A stretch of DNA of 64,000 nucleotides from Candidatus Latescibacterota bacterium (GCA_965248355.1 OZ252098.1:2336001-2400000); one strand, 5' to 3'; positions 18,832-28,903 are shown, counted from the first letter of the stretch. Notes: generated by a model not told the origin, from the sequence alone. Made by a program: numbers and translations.

Positions 18832-20235
18832 ATGGCAAGGCGCATCAGGGAAGAGGACTTGCAGGCGATCGAGGAAGTCGTGCAGCCGTACCCTGAGGGG
18901 CGGACCGCACGGCAGATCAGCGATGCCCTGGCTTCGGCGCCGGCCCGCCGGACCTTGCAGTACCGCCTCAAGTCCCTCGTCGACGGCGGTCGCCTGATCA
19001 TGGAGGGTAAGGGCCGCTGGGCGCGCTACCGCGCTCCCCGGCGGATCTCCGTGGCGGCCCAACCGGTCGCCTTCAGCTTCGCTACAGGCGTTGCGCAGGT
19101 GGAGGTCATACCCCCGCTGTCCGAGCCCGCCGCGGAGATCCGTAAACATGTCCGACAGCCGCTGGCGGCACGTCAGCCGGTAGGCTATGACCGGGTGTTC
19201 CTGGATTCGTACCGGCCCGGAGAAACCTTCTATCTATCGCAGGCGGAACGAGAACACCTTCGAGAAGTGGGGACGCCGAAGATCCCCGGGCAGCCCGCAG
19301 GCACCTACGCCAGGGGGATCCTGGACAGACTGCTGATCGATCTGTCATGGAACTCGAGCCGGCTGGAGGGAAACACCTATTCCCTGCTCGACACAACGCG
19401 TCTGCTCGAGATAGGGGAAGAAGTGGAAGGCAAGAAGCGACTCGAAGCGCTGATGATCCTCAACCACAAGGACGCCATCGAGTTCCTGGTCGATGGGGCA
19501 GAGGACATCGGCTTCAATCGCTACACCCTCCTCAACCTTCACGCGCTGTTGGCGGACAACCTGCTGGCCGACCCGGAGGCGACGGGGCGTCTCCGGCACA
19601 TCGGCGTGGGTATCGCGGGCTCGGTCTTTCATCCGCTGGAGATGCCGCCACTCATCCAGGAGTGCTTCGACCAGGTTCTTGCGGCGGCCTCGGCGATCCT
19701 CGACCCCTTTGAGCAAGCATTCTTCGTAATGGTGCAGCTTCCCTACTTGCAGCCCTTCGATGATGTCAACAAGCGGGTGTCACGACTCGCTGCCAACATT
19801 CCACTGATCAAGGGGAATCTGTCGCCGCTGTCCTTCGAGGACGTCTCGCGCGGCCTGTATACCGAAGCCATACTCGGAGTGTACGAGCTGAAACGGATCG
19901 AACTGCTGCGCGACGTGTTCCTCTGGGCGTATGGACGCTCGGCCGCCCGTTACGCCGCCGTCAGGCAGTCCCTTGGCGAGCCCGATCCATTCCGGATGGG
20001 GCACCGCACGGAGCTACGCGAGATCGTTGGCGACGTCGTTCGCGGGGGGATGGACAAGAAGCAGGCCGCGGCCCACATAAGCTCCTGGACACAGGAGCAC
20101 ATCGATGCGCGGGATGGGGAACGGTTTCGCGAGATTGCCGAGCGCGAACTTCTGAGCCTGCACGAGAGAAACTCCGCGCGCTATCGGGTCACCCCGTCCG
20201 AATTCGAGGCGTGGCAGAAGGTCTGGAACAGGTGA
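18832..20235 (+). CDS. Fic-domain protein with N-terminal wHTH
   Basis: RRTLQYRLKSLV wHTH, SWNSSRLEGNTYS, variant Fic motif YLQPFDDVNKRVSR. Confidence 0.9.
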   Translation: MARRIREEDLQAIEEVVQPYPEGRTARQISDALASAPARRTLQYRLKSLVDGGRLIMEGKGRWARYRAPRRISVAAQPVAFSFATGVAQVEVIPPLSEPAAEIRKHVRQPLAARQPVGYDRVFLDSYRPGETFYLSQAEREHLREVGTPKIPGQPAGTYARGILDRLLIDLSWNSSRLEGNTYSLLDTTRLLEIGEEVEGKKRLEALMILNHKDAIEFLVDGAEDIGFNRYTLLNLHALLADNLLADPEATGRLRHIGVGIAGSVFHPLEMPPLIQECFDQVLAAASAILDPFEQAFFVMVQLPYLQPFDDVNKRVSRLAANIPLIKGNLSPLSFEDVSRGLYTEAILGVYELKRIELLRDVFLWAYGRSAARYAAVRQSLGEPDPFRMGHRTELREIVGDVVRGGMDKKQAAAHISSWTQEHIDARDGERFREIAERELLSLHERNSARYRVTPSEFEAWQKVWNR

Positions 20236-20281
20236 GTGACAACGCGCACGACAAATATAGCCCCTTCTTGAAGGCCTGCAG

Positions 20282-20307
20282 CGGCTTCTCGATGGCCCCG
20301 GTCATCC
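20282..20307 (-). repeat. Remnant copy of the PhyH start (18491-18516)
   Basis: 21/26 identical, all five differences are transitions; encodes MTGAIEKP vs MIETIEKP; lies just after the PHP stop. Confidence 0.6.
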
Positions 20308-20321
20308 GCGATCCCCGGCTG

Positions 20322-21206
20322 CTACCACCCGTTCGCATCCCGCAGCCGCTCCCACTGTTCCCATTCCAGGCCCGCCTCGCCGAGCCGGATCTTCTTGTTC
20401 CCGCCGTGGTAGTCGCTGCCGCCCGTGGCGAACAGACCCAGGCGTTCCGCGAGCCCGGCGAAACGGGGAACGAGCTCATCTGCTGAACCGCCCCGGGCCT
20501 CGGAGCCATAGGGATAGAAGACCTCCAGACCGTCGAGGCCGGCCTCCGCCATCCGGCGCACGGCATCCTCGAGATTGCACACCCCCTTGTAGACGCCCGG
20601 GTGGGCCAGCACCGCCTTTCCGCCCGCTTTGTGGATCAGCTTGATGGCTGCCTTCACCGTCAGGCTGAAACGGCGTTGCACGTAGGTAGGGGTCCTCGCA
20701 TCGGAAGCCAGGTACTCGTCGAAGACGTCTTGTTTCCTGGTGAACTTGTCGCGATTGTGCTTGACAGCGATCTCAGCGATGTGCCCACGACCCGGAACCC
20801 CGTAGCCGGCCAGATCCAGCACGTCCTGCTCCGGCACGTGCAGTCCGTAGTCGTGGAGGCGCCTCACCTGGCGGATCTTCTGCTCGATCCGGCTCTCGAT
20901 CACCTCCTCCAACTTCGCCTGCAGGGTCGGATCGTCGGGGTCGATGCCGTATCCCAGGATGTTGATGTCCACGAAGTCCCGCTTCTCCTCCCTGGCCGTG
21001 CTCAGTTCGATGGCCGGGAGTACGTGCACACCTGCCTTCTCACCGGCGGCCCGGGCCTCGCCAACACCCCGGACGTTGTCGTGATCCGTCACGGCCAGCA
21101 CGCGGATGCCGGCTGCAGCCGCTTTGGAGACCAGCTCTTCCGGGGTGTCCGTGCCGTCGGAGAAGGTCGTGTGGGTCTGCAGGTCCACGGGACAGGTGCG
21201 ACTCAT
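20322..21206 (-). CDS. PHP-domain phosphoesterase (TrpH/YciV-like)
   Basis: DLQTHTTFSDG, AVTDHD, GRGHIA, VLAHP, GLEV, TGGSDYHG; ATGA overlap with upstream gene. Confidence 0.9.
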   Translation of the reverse strand: MSRTCPVDLQTHTTFSDGTDTPEELVSKAAAAGIRVLAVTDHDNVRGVGEARAAGEKAGVHVLPAIELSTAREEKRDFVDINILGYGIDPDDPTLQAKLEEVIESRIEQKIRQVRRLHDYGLHVPEQDVLDLAGYGVPGRGHIAEIAVKHNRDKFTRKQDVFDEYLASDARTPTYVQRRFSLTVKAAIKLIHKAGGKAVLAHPGVYKGVCNLEDAVRRMAEAGLDGLEVFYPYGSEARGGSADELVPRFAGLAERLGLFATGGSDYHGGNKKIRLGEAGLEWEQWERLRDANGW

Positions 21207-22378
21207 GAGCGATCCAGCTCCCAGATGGGGAAGTAGAAGGGGAACACCTGGTCCAGAAGCTCGGCCGCTCCCGCGGGCAGGTCCAACCGCTCGCAGGAGG
21301 AGTGGCCGCCGAAGACCAGCTGCACCATCTGCCGCTCCGTCAGCGTCACCCTCTCCCCCGCCGGAGCCGCGTCGAAGCGGACCTCGCCGCCGCGGAACTC
21401 CACCGTCACCAGCTCCCCTGTGTCCGTGGACTCCAGGGACACCGCCCCGGAGAGGCCGGCGGACCTGGAGCGCAGGTGGCCCTCGATGCTCCTGAGCAGC
21501 AGGTCCAGATCGTTGATGCGGATCATCTGCGATCCGACGCCGGAAGCCCGCTCCACCTCCTGCCGCGTCGATCCCACGCGGCCGGCAAGCAGGTCGTCCA
21601 GCACGGTGGGCTTCAGCTTGGTCACCGCCTGCACCGGCGCACAGGTGCTCACCGCCTCGGCCACCAGGGCTTCCACCGCCGCGGGGCTTCCCCCCGCCTC
21701 GTTCAGACCCGGCTTGTTCCTTCCCGACCCCACGCACAGGTAGCCGGCCACCTCGCCTCCGGCCAGGGCCAACCGCGTGTCGATCTTGGGGAGCGTCAGC
21801 AGGGTGGCGTACTCCTCGCGGCTGCGGGCGACGCGCCAGGGTTCGGCGTCGTGGAAGCGGATGACGGCGTCGAGGTACTCGTCCCTCTCCAGATCGAAGG
21901 GGACGATCTCGAAGTCCCCCCGCTTGAAGAGCGCCGCGTCACCGGGCGACAGGGCGTAGACCCACCCTTGGTTGCCGACCGCCTCCCAGCCGGAGTGGTG
22001 GTAGAAGGGAAAGGTGGCCTGCAGGGTCCACAGGACCGACACGGGCCAGCCCTCCTCCTTCATGATGCGCACGCAGTCGCGCAGGCAGCGGGTGGCGTAG
22101 CCCTTGCGGCGATGGTCGGGATGGGTGACGGTGGGGCTGATGAGGCCGGCGGTGAAGGAGTCCTCGCCGGCGATGATCTTCCGCGGCGCCACCGGAACGT
22201 GGGCCACCACCTTACCCGCGACCTTGAGGATGCGCATGCAGCGGAGCCCGCGGTCGTTGAAGATCAGGGGGTAGTCGGTGAGGATGTCCTGATCCGAGTC
22301 GGGTCGGAAGGTGGCGTTGATCAGGGCGAGGGTTTCGTCGAACTCCTCGGGCCTGCAGGCGCGGGGTCCTTCGATCAT
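21203..22378 (-). CDS. Eis-like GNAT acetyltransferase with SCP2-like C-terminus
   Basis: VTHPDHRRKGYAT, SVLW..FPFYHHSGWE, QMIRINDL, C-terminal SCP2-like region. Confidence 0.8.
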   Translation of the reverse strand: MIEGPRACRPEEFDETLALINATFRPDSDQDILTDYPLIFNDRGLRCMRILKVAGKVVAHVPVAPRKIIAGEDSFTAGLISPTVTHPDHRRKGYATRCLRDCVRIMKEEGWPVSVLWTLQATFPFYHHSGWEAVGNQGWVYALSPGDAALFKRGDFEIVPFDLERDEYLDAVIRFHDAEPWRVARSREEYATLLTLPKIDTRLALAGGEVAGYLCVGSGRNKPGLNEAGGSPAAVEALVAEAVSTCAPVQAVTKLKPTVLDDLLAGRVGSTRQEVERASGVGSQMIRINDLDLLLRSIEGHLRSRSAGLSGAVSLESTDTGELVTVEFRGGEVRFDAAPAGERVTLTERQMVQLVFGGHSSCERLDLPAGAAELLDQVFPFYFPIWELDRS

Positions 22379-22513
22379 CCGCAGTCGTTTACAGCCCGGC
22401 CTCTTCCGGCTTGCTCTAGCATGCCCAGCCCGATGCAAGACCCTTCGACCTATTTGGATTCTTCCGGACCTGACCGCAGGTGGGCCCAACGCCCACCGTG
22501 GCGCAGACTTGAT

Positions 22514-24175
22514 CTACTCGTCATCTGAAGCGTCGCTATCAGCAATGGTTGCCGCGGTCCTTTCCGTCGGCAGTGATACGTTCCGTTCACTCATGAAATC
22601 GCGCTCTCCGGAGATTAGGGCTCCTAGCCGGGATCCAATCAGACCCACCCGATCGCCGCCAGTCAACGCCTCCATTGATTCCTTTGGAAAGCCATGTGAC
22701 TGAAGCACCACCGCCATTTGATCTTCTCCCAACGCCGCCAGATCATCGACTGCCTGCCCAACTTGATCCGCGTTGAGGAACATGCGGTTTGCAGGGGTAC
22801 TAAAGAGCTCCTGAAGTAGGCCTGCGTTTGACGATACGTAGCCCACGGCTCTGCTTCCACGACTGGAGAGCAGTCGACCTAGATCAAGTATTTCTCCATG
22901 GAAGCTGCGCGGCTGGAGCGACCCAAGATAGAGGAGGAATGCGCGCACACGAGCACTCCGCCCATCGAATCGCTCCGGAAATGCCTGAGCAGGCGTATCG
23001 AAGTCCACCACGTCCAAGCTCGCCCTGCGTCCCTGGGCTAGCTCCCGGATATCACTTAGCGCGTGCCTAACTTGAGCGGTGTTGACGCCTCCAAACCAAC
23101 CCGTGAATGAAGTCACCCAGAACCACCGCTCCAGCAACTCTACCACTCGAGCCTCAGGCCGTGGACACAATCGAAAGAACTCGCCGAGCAACACCAGTTG
23201 GAGCCCATATGGCAGCAATCGGTCTGACGTAACCCCTAGCTCCTTCAGAAAGGTGAGTGCAGCCCTTATTCCCTCAGCCGCCAAGTCGAATACTTCTGGA
23301 AGCCTGTCTCGCACTTCCTGTTGTACCATGAGCTTCGCCCAGTCCTTTGCGTATATGTCCCGGTCGAGAGCCGCGAGTACCGCCCTCAGGAGCAGGACTC
23401 GATCAAGATTTCCAAAGCCCACCCCGTCTAGTTCCTCCTTGAATTCGTCCAGCTTCTTGGCAAGATGAAACTCCCCTTCCCGGTAGGTGAGGGCGGACAC
23501 CATCTCGTCCGCCGCCATCTTTCTACCGGTACGATTAAGCCGGGCAAAAACGGTTACCGCGCTGTCGAGGTCTGCCTCCCGGAGATGGATGACCGGCAGT
23601 TGATAGTCTCGGAACGCGTTTGCCAAGCGATCCGCCTCTGCGATCCATCGGCTTCCCAACTCCTTGTCCGGTGCATCCGATTCGATGTGACGGCAGGCCC
23701 CAAAGAAACCAGCCGTATCAAGTAGGCAGTGCATTGGGAAATGCTGTGGCTCTAGTCCGCCAGCGGGTGCCCTCAGGAATTCTCCTCTGTCCAAGTCACA
23801 ATATATACCCCAGTCGACTTGATCTACGATTGATGGCACTCCATCAGGCAACTGCAGTGTTCCAACAAGAGTCGACACCCGTTGTTGACCATCGAGCAGA
23901 TAGCCAATCATCCCATCTGGCCGCGGACCCACTTCAACTGGACCAATGTGCTGCGCGGTCTCCACTTCTTCCTCTGTATCCCAGACAAGGATCGAGCCAA
24001 TCGGGAAACCTCGTAGAACGCTGTCGAGCAGCGCATGCAGGTCTTCCTGTTTCCAAACAAAGGGACGTTGGAACTTTGGCACGCGGACTTTTCCAGCTGT
24101 TATGCGTTCCACGAGTTTGCCCAGGAATACAACTTCTGGCACGACTTCTGTACGGCCTCGGCTGCTGTCAGACAT
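22514..24175 (-). CDS. DUF262 (ParB-like/GmrS) domain protein
   Basis: VPKFQRPFVW, LLDSVLRGFPIGSILVW, LLDGQQR, VFARLNRTG; lower-GC block. Confidence 0.9.
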   Translation of the reverse strand: MSDSSRGRTEVVPEVVFLGKLVERITAGKVRVPKFQRPFVWKQEDLHALLDSVLRGFPIGSILVWDTEEEVETAQHIGPVEVGPRPDGMIGYLLDGQQRVSTLVGTLQLPDGVPSIVDQVDWGIYCDLDRGEFLRAPAGGLEPQHFPMHCLLDTAGFFGACRHIESDAPDKELGSRWIAEADRLANAFRDYQLPVIHLREADLDSAVTVFARLNRTGRKMAADEMVSALTYREGEFHLAKKLDEFKEELDGVGFGNLDRVLLLRAVLAALDRDIYAKDWAKLMVQQEVRDRLPEVFDLAAEGIRAALTFLKELGVTSDRLLPYGLQLVLLGEFFRLCPRPEARVVELLERWFWVTSFTGWFGGVNTAQVRHALSDIRELAQGRRASLDVVDFDTPAQAFPERFDGRSARVRAFLLYLGSLQPRSFHGEILDLGRLLSSRGSRAVGYVSSNAGLLQELFSTPANRMFLNADQVGQAVDDLAALGEDQMAVVLQSHGFPKESMEALTGGDRVGLIGSRLGALISGERDFMSERNVSLPTERTAATIADSDASDDE

Positions 24176-25135
24176 TTAAGCTTCCCCCCGAATCAATTCG
24201 ATGCCATGCTGGAGGTCACCTCGGCCCCGGCGATTCAGTCCTGTGTTTGCTCTCACGCTCCAAATGGACCAGCACTTGTACACCCTCGCCCCAAACCCAC
24301 TAGAAAGTACCTCCCGGTCAAAAGGGGATAGGGCTCCGAATAGCACCCGCTCATTCTCTGAGAGTATCTCTGGCAGCCCGTCTTTCATATCGTAGTAATC
24401 TTTCTGATCGTCGTTGAGTCTGTCCCACGCTTCAACCCGACGGAGATGATCTGCGCTTGCGTCTTCCCGCTCCCTGAGTAGGACTCCAGGCAGGTAATTC
24501 TCAGCTTCCCGCTTGGCGAGAACCCAGCACGGAACCTCCCACCTATCGCACTTCCGCCGCAATCGTCGCGCATTACGACTGACCGGGTCCTCAGGCCCTT
24601 TCCGGTCACTATCGATGACGGCAACCAACCGTGGACGATAGGGCTTGGCCTGAGCTTGCCTCTCGACTTCATCTGGCATTTCTCCCTTGCCCCCAAGGCT
24701 GTCGAACCTGATCGGATCACCCCGACGACGCCACAGGCTATACAGCGATTTATCCAGTTCCATCACGACACGCTCTATGAATGGACCATCACTCCTACGG
24801 TTCTCTACGAGAATGACGAGCGGTTCCTCGGCAAGAAGGGCCGCGTCCCTTGGCCTGAGCTCATCTGCCTCCATTGGACTCGTAGTCACTCGCACGCGCC
24901 TCCCCGCTGGCGAACTCCAGGCCGTCCGCTTAATCGACGCCCTGAGCAATTCTCGCACCCGAGCACCTTGACGCCCATCACTACGGATCCATGTCGTGGC
25001 GATGATCGCTTCTGGATCTGTCTCGCTGGAGGTGTCCCACACATGCCAGCCATCCTCGAATTTCTGCAAGATGAGGTCCAGCCACCGATGCCCATCCGGA
25101 TCATCAGCAGCACTGAGATCAATCTCGATACGCAC
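24176..25135 (-). CDS. OLD-type TOPRIM-like putative nuclease
   Basis: VILVENRRSD, VIDSD (DxD), KREAENY motifs; tightly spaced between ATPase and DUF262 genes. Confidence 0.6.
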   Translation of the reverse strand: MRIEIDLSAADDPDGHRWLDLILQKFEDGWHVWDTSSETDPEAIIATTWIRSDGRQGARVRELLRASIKRTAWSSPAGRRVRVTTSPMEADELRPRDAALLAEEPLVILVENRRSDGPFIERVVMELDKSLYSLWRRRGDPIRFDSLGGKGEMPDEVERQAQAKPYRPRLVAVIDSDRKGPEDPVSRNARRLRRKCDRWEVPCWVLAKREAENYLPGVLLREREDASADHLRRVEAWDRLNDDQKDYYDMKDGLPEILSENERVLFGALSPFDREVLSSGFGARVYKCWSIWSVRANTGLNRRGRGDLQHGIELIRGEA

Positions 25136-25139
25136 GGCC

Positions 25140-26369
25140 CTATTCCCTCGGCCTTGAAGCCCGCCGGATAGCTAGAATCTCTTCATAGTCTTCGACGAAG
25201 ACGCCGTCCGGCCAGCCATCCATTTCCCCATTCTCCTTTATTGTGATTCTCTGCAGAGTGGATCCGGTCCCCGGCTGCGCTTGAACCCAATACACTAGAA
25301 CATGCTTGGCCGGTAGCCGCCCCTCTGCGATCCAGCGCCTCGCGCGAAGCAACACCATCTCCGAGTGGGTTTCGACGACCATGGGCCGGTCAGGTCCTGC
25401 TAGGTTCTCCAATAGGAGCTCCGCGATGTCCCCGTGGGCCGCTGGATGCAGCTCGGCTTCGGGATGCTCAATGACGTCAACACCGGGACCAGCCTTGCGC
25501 GTCGTCAACGCCATGGCGACCACGGGCAAGACTTGTGAGAGTCCGCGCCCGGACTGCTCCAGTCTGACGTTGGTTCTACGGTCCTGCGTCCCAACCACGA
25601 GTTCCGAATAGATCCCCTGCGCCACGACGTCGATACTCACTCCGAATGCTCTCCTGTACCATTGCCGAGTTGATTCTCTCAGCTCGTCGTCCACGGCTAG
25701 CGCCATCGGCGTATTCTCTCCGTTGGCCCCAAGAACCATAGACGGGTGTTCTTCTGGCTTGAATGGCGAAGCGAAGAGGTGACGTGGGCACCGCAGGTGG
25801 CGAACGCCCCGAGCCCAGTCTCGAAGTAGTCCGACTCTAGGCCCGATCCATTCGGGGAGGTTGTTCGGCTGTCGGGGTATCAATCCTCGCCAGTCGATTT
25901 TCTGCGTATCGCGCGCAGTCCCCGAAACCACAACTCTATACGGCGAGGGCTCGTCGAAGTCTTGCTTTGCCAATTCGACCCTCTCGGCTCCACTCTCGAG
26001 GCTCCACTCCGATACCTGGCGCTCCGATCGAGTCCGCACCAGCACATTCCTGACCTTGGCTGAGAGCGATGTCTTCCCATTGGTGTCAAGCAGTGTGGCC
26101 GTCAGTTTCAGCCACCCGTGGACGGTACGTCCGCTCACCAATTCCTCGAACGTCGCTCCGTGCCGGATTCCACCGGACTCTAGTGGAAGCGGGTCCAAGG
26201 TGTTCTCCTCTGAAGCGGCCAATCCGCCCGCCAACAACTGGATCGCCTGCGCTAGCGCGGACTTACCGGAATTGTTGGCTCCCACCAAGATCGTTAGTGG
26301 AGCGAGTTCCACCTCCGCGGCCTCGGTATATCCCTTGTATCGTTCGACACAGAGCTTTCGAAGTTGCAT
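25140..26369 (-). CDS. ABC-type (AAA_21) ATPase with DUF3696 C-terminus
   Basis: GANNSGKS, QSGRGLSQV, IEHPEAELHP, VETHSE, WPDGVF. Confidence 0.88.
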   Translation of the reverse strand: MQLRKLCVERYKGYTEAAEVELAPLTILVGANNSGKSALAQAIQLLAGGLAASEENTLDPLPLESGGIRHGATFEELVSGRTVHGWLKLTATLLDTNGKTSLSAKVRNVLVRTRSERQVSEWSLESGAERVELAKQDFDEPSPYRVVVSGTARDTQKIDWRGLIPRQPNNLPEWIGPRVGLLRDWARGVRHLRCPRHLFASPFKPEEHPSMVLGANGENTPMALAVDDELRESTRQWYRRAFGVSIDVVAQGIYSELVVGTQDRRTNVRLEQSGRGLSQVLPVVAMALTTRKAGPGVDVIEHPEAELHPAAHGDIAELLLENLAGPDRPMVVETHSEMVLLRARRWIAEGRLPAKHVLVYWVQAQPGTGSTLQRITIKENGEMDGWPDGVFVEDYEEILAIRRASRPRE

Positions 26370-26507
26370 TGCCGACTATCCTGGCAAGGTGTTAGCCTGA
26401 CTGATAGGGATCGGAAAGGATCGCAGGTTATCCCTGTCCACGCAAGGGGCGGGAAAGCAGCATGGGAGATCCCCGTTTGCAGGCGCTTCAGCACTAGCTC
26501 GGGGCCT

Positions 26508-28067
26508 TCACCCGCCCGCGTGGGCCCAGCCCGGCAGCACCCCGGCTTCGATCCCGAACAGGTGCGGGCCCATGAAGCTGAAGATCAGGGTGATGACGAC
26601 GGCCCCCACAAGATTGAGGACGAGGCCGACCCGCGCCATCTCCGAGATCTTCACGCGGTCGCTGCCGAAGACCACGGCGTTGGGGGGCGTGGCCACGGGC
26701 ATCATGAAGGCGCACGAGGCGGACAGAGTGGCGGGGATCATCAGCAGCAGCGGGTGCAGGCCCGTGGAGACGGCGACGGCGGCGAAGATGGGCAGCACCA
26801 TCTCGGTGGTGGCCGTGTTCGAGGTGAGCTCGGTGAGGAAGGTGATGGAGAGGCAGATGACGAGGATGAGGACGATGGGCGGCACTGAGCCGAGGCCGCT
26901 GAAGCCGCCGCCGATGAAGCGGGCCAGTCCCGTGACCTGAAAGCCGTGGGCGAGGGCGAAGCCGCCTCCGAAGAGGAGCACGATGTTCCAGGGCAGGCCG
27001 CGGACCACGTCGGGACCCATCACCGTCCGGGACCGGGCGCCGGGAGAGCGGGCCGGCACGAGGAAGAGGATCCCGGCCATGGCGATGGCCACGGTGCCGT
27101 CGTCGATCAGGTGGCCGTAGGGCAGCAGGGCAGACCAGCCTGGGATGGTGAGGCCCCCGATCTCGATGGGGGCGCGGAAGACCCAGAGCACGGCGGTGGC
27201 GGCGAAGACCGCGAGGATCACCCGCTCTTCAAAGGAGACGGCGCCGAGCGTGCGCGCCTCCGACTCCAGGACCTCGCGGTCGACGGCGACCTCCCCCGGG
27301 ATGCGGAAGAAGACCTGCGTGATCAGCACCCAGGCGCAGGCGAGCATCAGCGCCGAGATCGGCGCCGCCATGACGAACCACACGCCGAAGGTGATGGGCG
27401 GCGCCTCCGGGAAGGTGATCTGGAAGATCCGCTCCAGCGAGAGGTTCGGCGGCGTGCCCACCAGTGTGGCGATGCCCCCCGCCGAGCAGGCGTAGGCGAT
27501 GCCGAGCATGACGGCCACGGAGAAGGCACGGGTCCGCTCCCGCCCGAACTGCTCCTCCATCCGCAGGATCACGGCGAGTCCCACCGGGAGCATCATGATC
27601 GCCGTGGCCGTGTTGGAAATCCACATGGAGAGGAAGGCGGCGGCGAGCATGAAGCCGAGCACGATCCGCGCCGGCCCTCCCCCCACCGAGCGGATGACCC
27701 ACAGGGCGATGCGCCGGTGGACGTCCCACTTCTCCATGGTCAGGGCGATCATGAAGCCGCCCAGGAAGAGGACGATGGTGCTGTTGAAGTAGATCGGCGC
27801 CGTGGCGCGGGTCTGCTCGATGCCGAGCAGCGGATAGAGGATCAGCGGCAGCAGGGCCGTGGCGTAGAGCGGAATCGCGTCGGTGATCCACCAGGTGGCC
27901 ATGAGCAGGGCCGCGGCGGCCATGCGCGTGACCTCCGGCCGGCCCGGCTCGAGGTCGAGCAGCAGGGTGAGGGCGAACAGCAGCGGCCCGAGCCACAGGC
28001 CGATGCGCTGGCCGCGGGACCGGGGCTCGGCGGAGGTCGGCGTGGCAGGATCTTGGGCGCTGGTCAT
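26508..28067 (-). CDS. SLC13/DASS family anion:sodium symporter
   Basis: SMWISNTAT, GTPPN, TELTSNTAT, AFMMPVATPPNA. Confidence 0.93.
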   Translation of the reverse strand: MTSAQDPATPTSAEPRSRGQRIGLWLGPLLFALTLLLDLEPGRPEVTRMAAAALLMATWWITDAIPLYATALLPLILYPLLGIEQTRATAPIYFNSTIVLFLGGFMIALTMEKWDVHRRIALWVIRSVGGGPARIVLGFMLAAAFLSMWISNTATAIMMLPVGLAVILRMEEQFGRERTRAFSVAVMLGIAYACSAGGIATLVGTPPNLSLERIFQITFPEAPPITFGVWFVMAAPISALMLACAWVLITQVFFRIPGEVAVDREVLESEARTLGAVSFEERVILAVFAATAVLWVFRAPIEIGGLTIPGWSALLPYGHLIDDGTVAIAMAGILFLVPARSPGARSRTVMGPDVVRGLPWNIVLLFGGGFALAHGFQVTGLARFIGGGFSGLGSVPPIVLILVICLSITFLTELTSNTATTEMVLPIFAAVAVSTGLHPLLLMIPATLSASCAFMMPVATPPNAVVFGSDRVKISEMARVGLVLNLVGAVVITLIFSFMGPHLFGIEAGVLPGWAHAGG

Positions 28068-28102
28068 GGGGTTGGTCGAGCGGTGCGCGGGCGGCTGGCC
28101 CG

Positions 28103-28903
28103 CTACTCCCGGTAGATGACGGGGTTCCGCTCCGGATCGTCGATGAAGGCGGTGAGCCCGGCGCGGCGGCCGTCCACGGGGGCCGACTTCTCCGTGCGCA
28201 TGTGGATGGCCAGGCTGCACCGGGGACCGGCCGAGAGGTTGGGGCCGCTGCCGTGGAAGGTGAGGCAGTGGTGGAAGCTGGCGCCCCCGGCCGGCAGCAG
28301 GGCGGGCACTTCCTCCCACGACTGGCCGTCCGGCACGGGAATGGCATCGCGCTGGTCGTCGAGGTCCTGGCGGTAGAAGCCACCGTCGTCCAGCAGGCCC
28401 CACTCGTGGGAGCCGCGCACGAAGCGCATGGGGCCCGCCTCGGCGGTCACGTCGCTCAGGGCCACCCAGGCGGTGAACAGCTCGCTGCCCTCCGCCCACG
28501 CCCGCCAGTAGTGGCGGTCCTGGTGCCAGCCGATGTTCAGCTCGGCCTCCCCTTCTTCGGGCTGGGGGGGCTTGTAGAGCAGCTGCGTCCACCACACCTG
28601 CACCATGCGGGCCCCGGTGACGCGGGCGGCCCACCGGCCGAGGTCGGGATGGCTCACGAGGGCGCGGATCCCGAGGTCGGCCTGCTGGGGCAGCTCGATC
28701 TTGCACAGCTCGTTCGGGTCGTCGCCGGGGTTCCAGCGCGAGTGCTGGGGCGGCTGTCCTGCGTCGTAGCGGCCTTCACGGACGGCGTCCATGCCGGCGA
28801 CGCCGGCCTGCACGATGTCAGGAGGCAGGATGGGCTGGGGGGCGAGGAAGAAGCCGTCGGTGCGGTATCGACGCTGGATGGGGTTGACACTGGTATCGGT
28901 CAT
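28103..28903 (-). CDS. PhyH-family Fe(II)/2OG dioxygenase
   Basis: GWHQDRHYW, TAWVAL, GPMRFVRGSH, TFHGSGPN. Confidence 0.9.
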   Translation of the reverse strand: MTDTSVNPIQRRYRTDGFFLAPQPILPPDIVQAGVAGMDAVREGRYDAGQPPQHSRWNPGDDPNELCKIELPQQADLGIRALVSHPDLGRWAARVTGARMVQVWWTQLLYKPPQPEEGEAELNIGWHQDRHYWRAWAEGSELFTAWVALSDVTAEAGPMRFVRGSHEWGLLDDGGFYRQDLDDQRDAIPVPDGQSWEEVPALLPAGGASFHHCLTFHGSGPNLSAGPRCSLAIHMRTEKSAPVDGRRAGLTAFIDDPERNPVIYRE

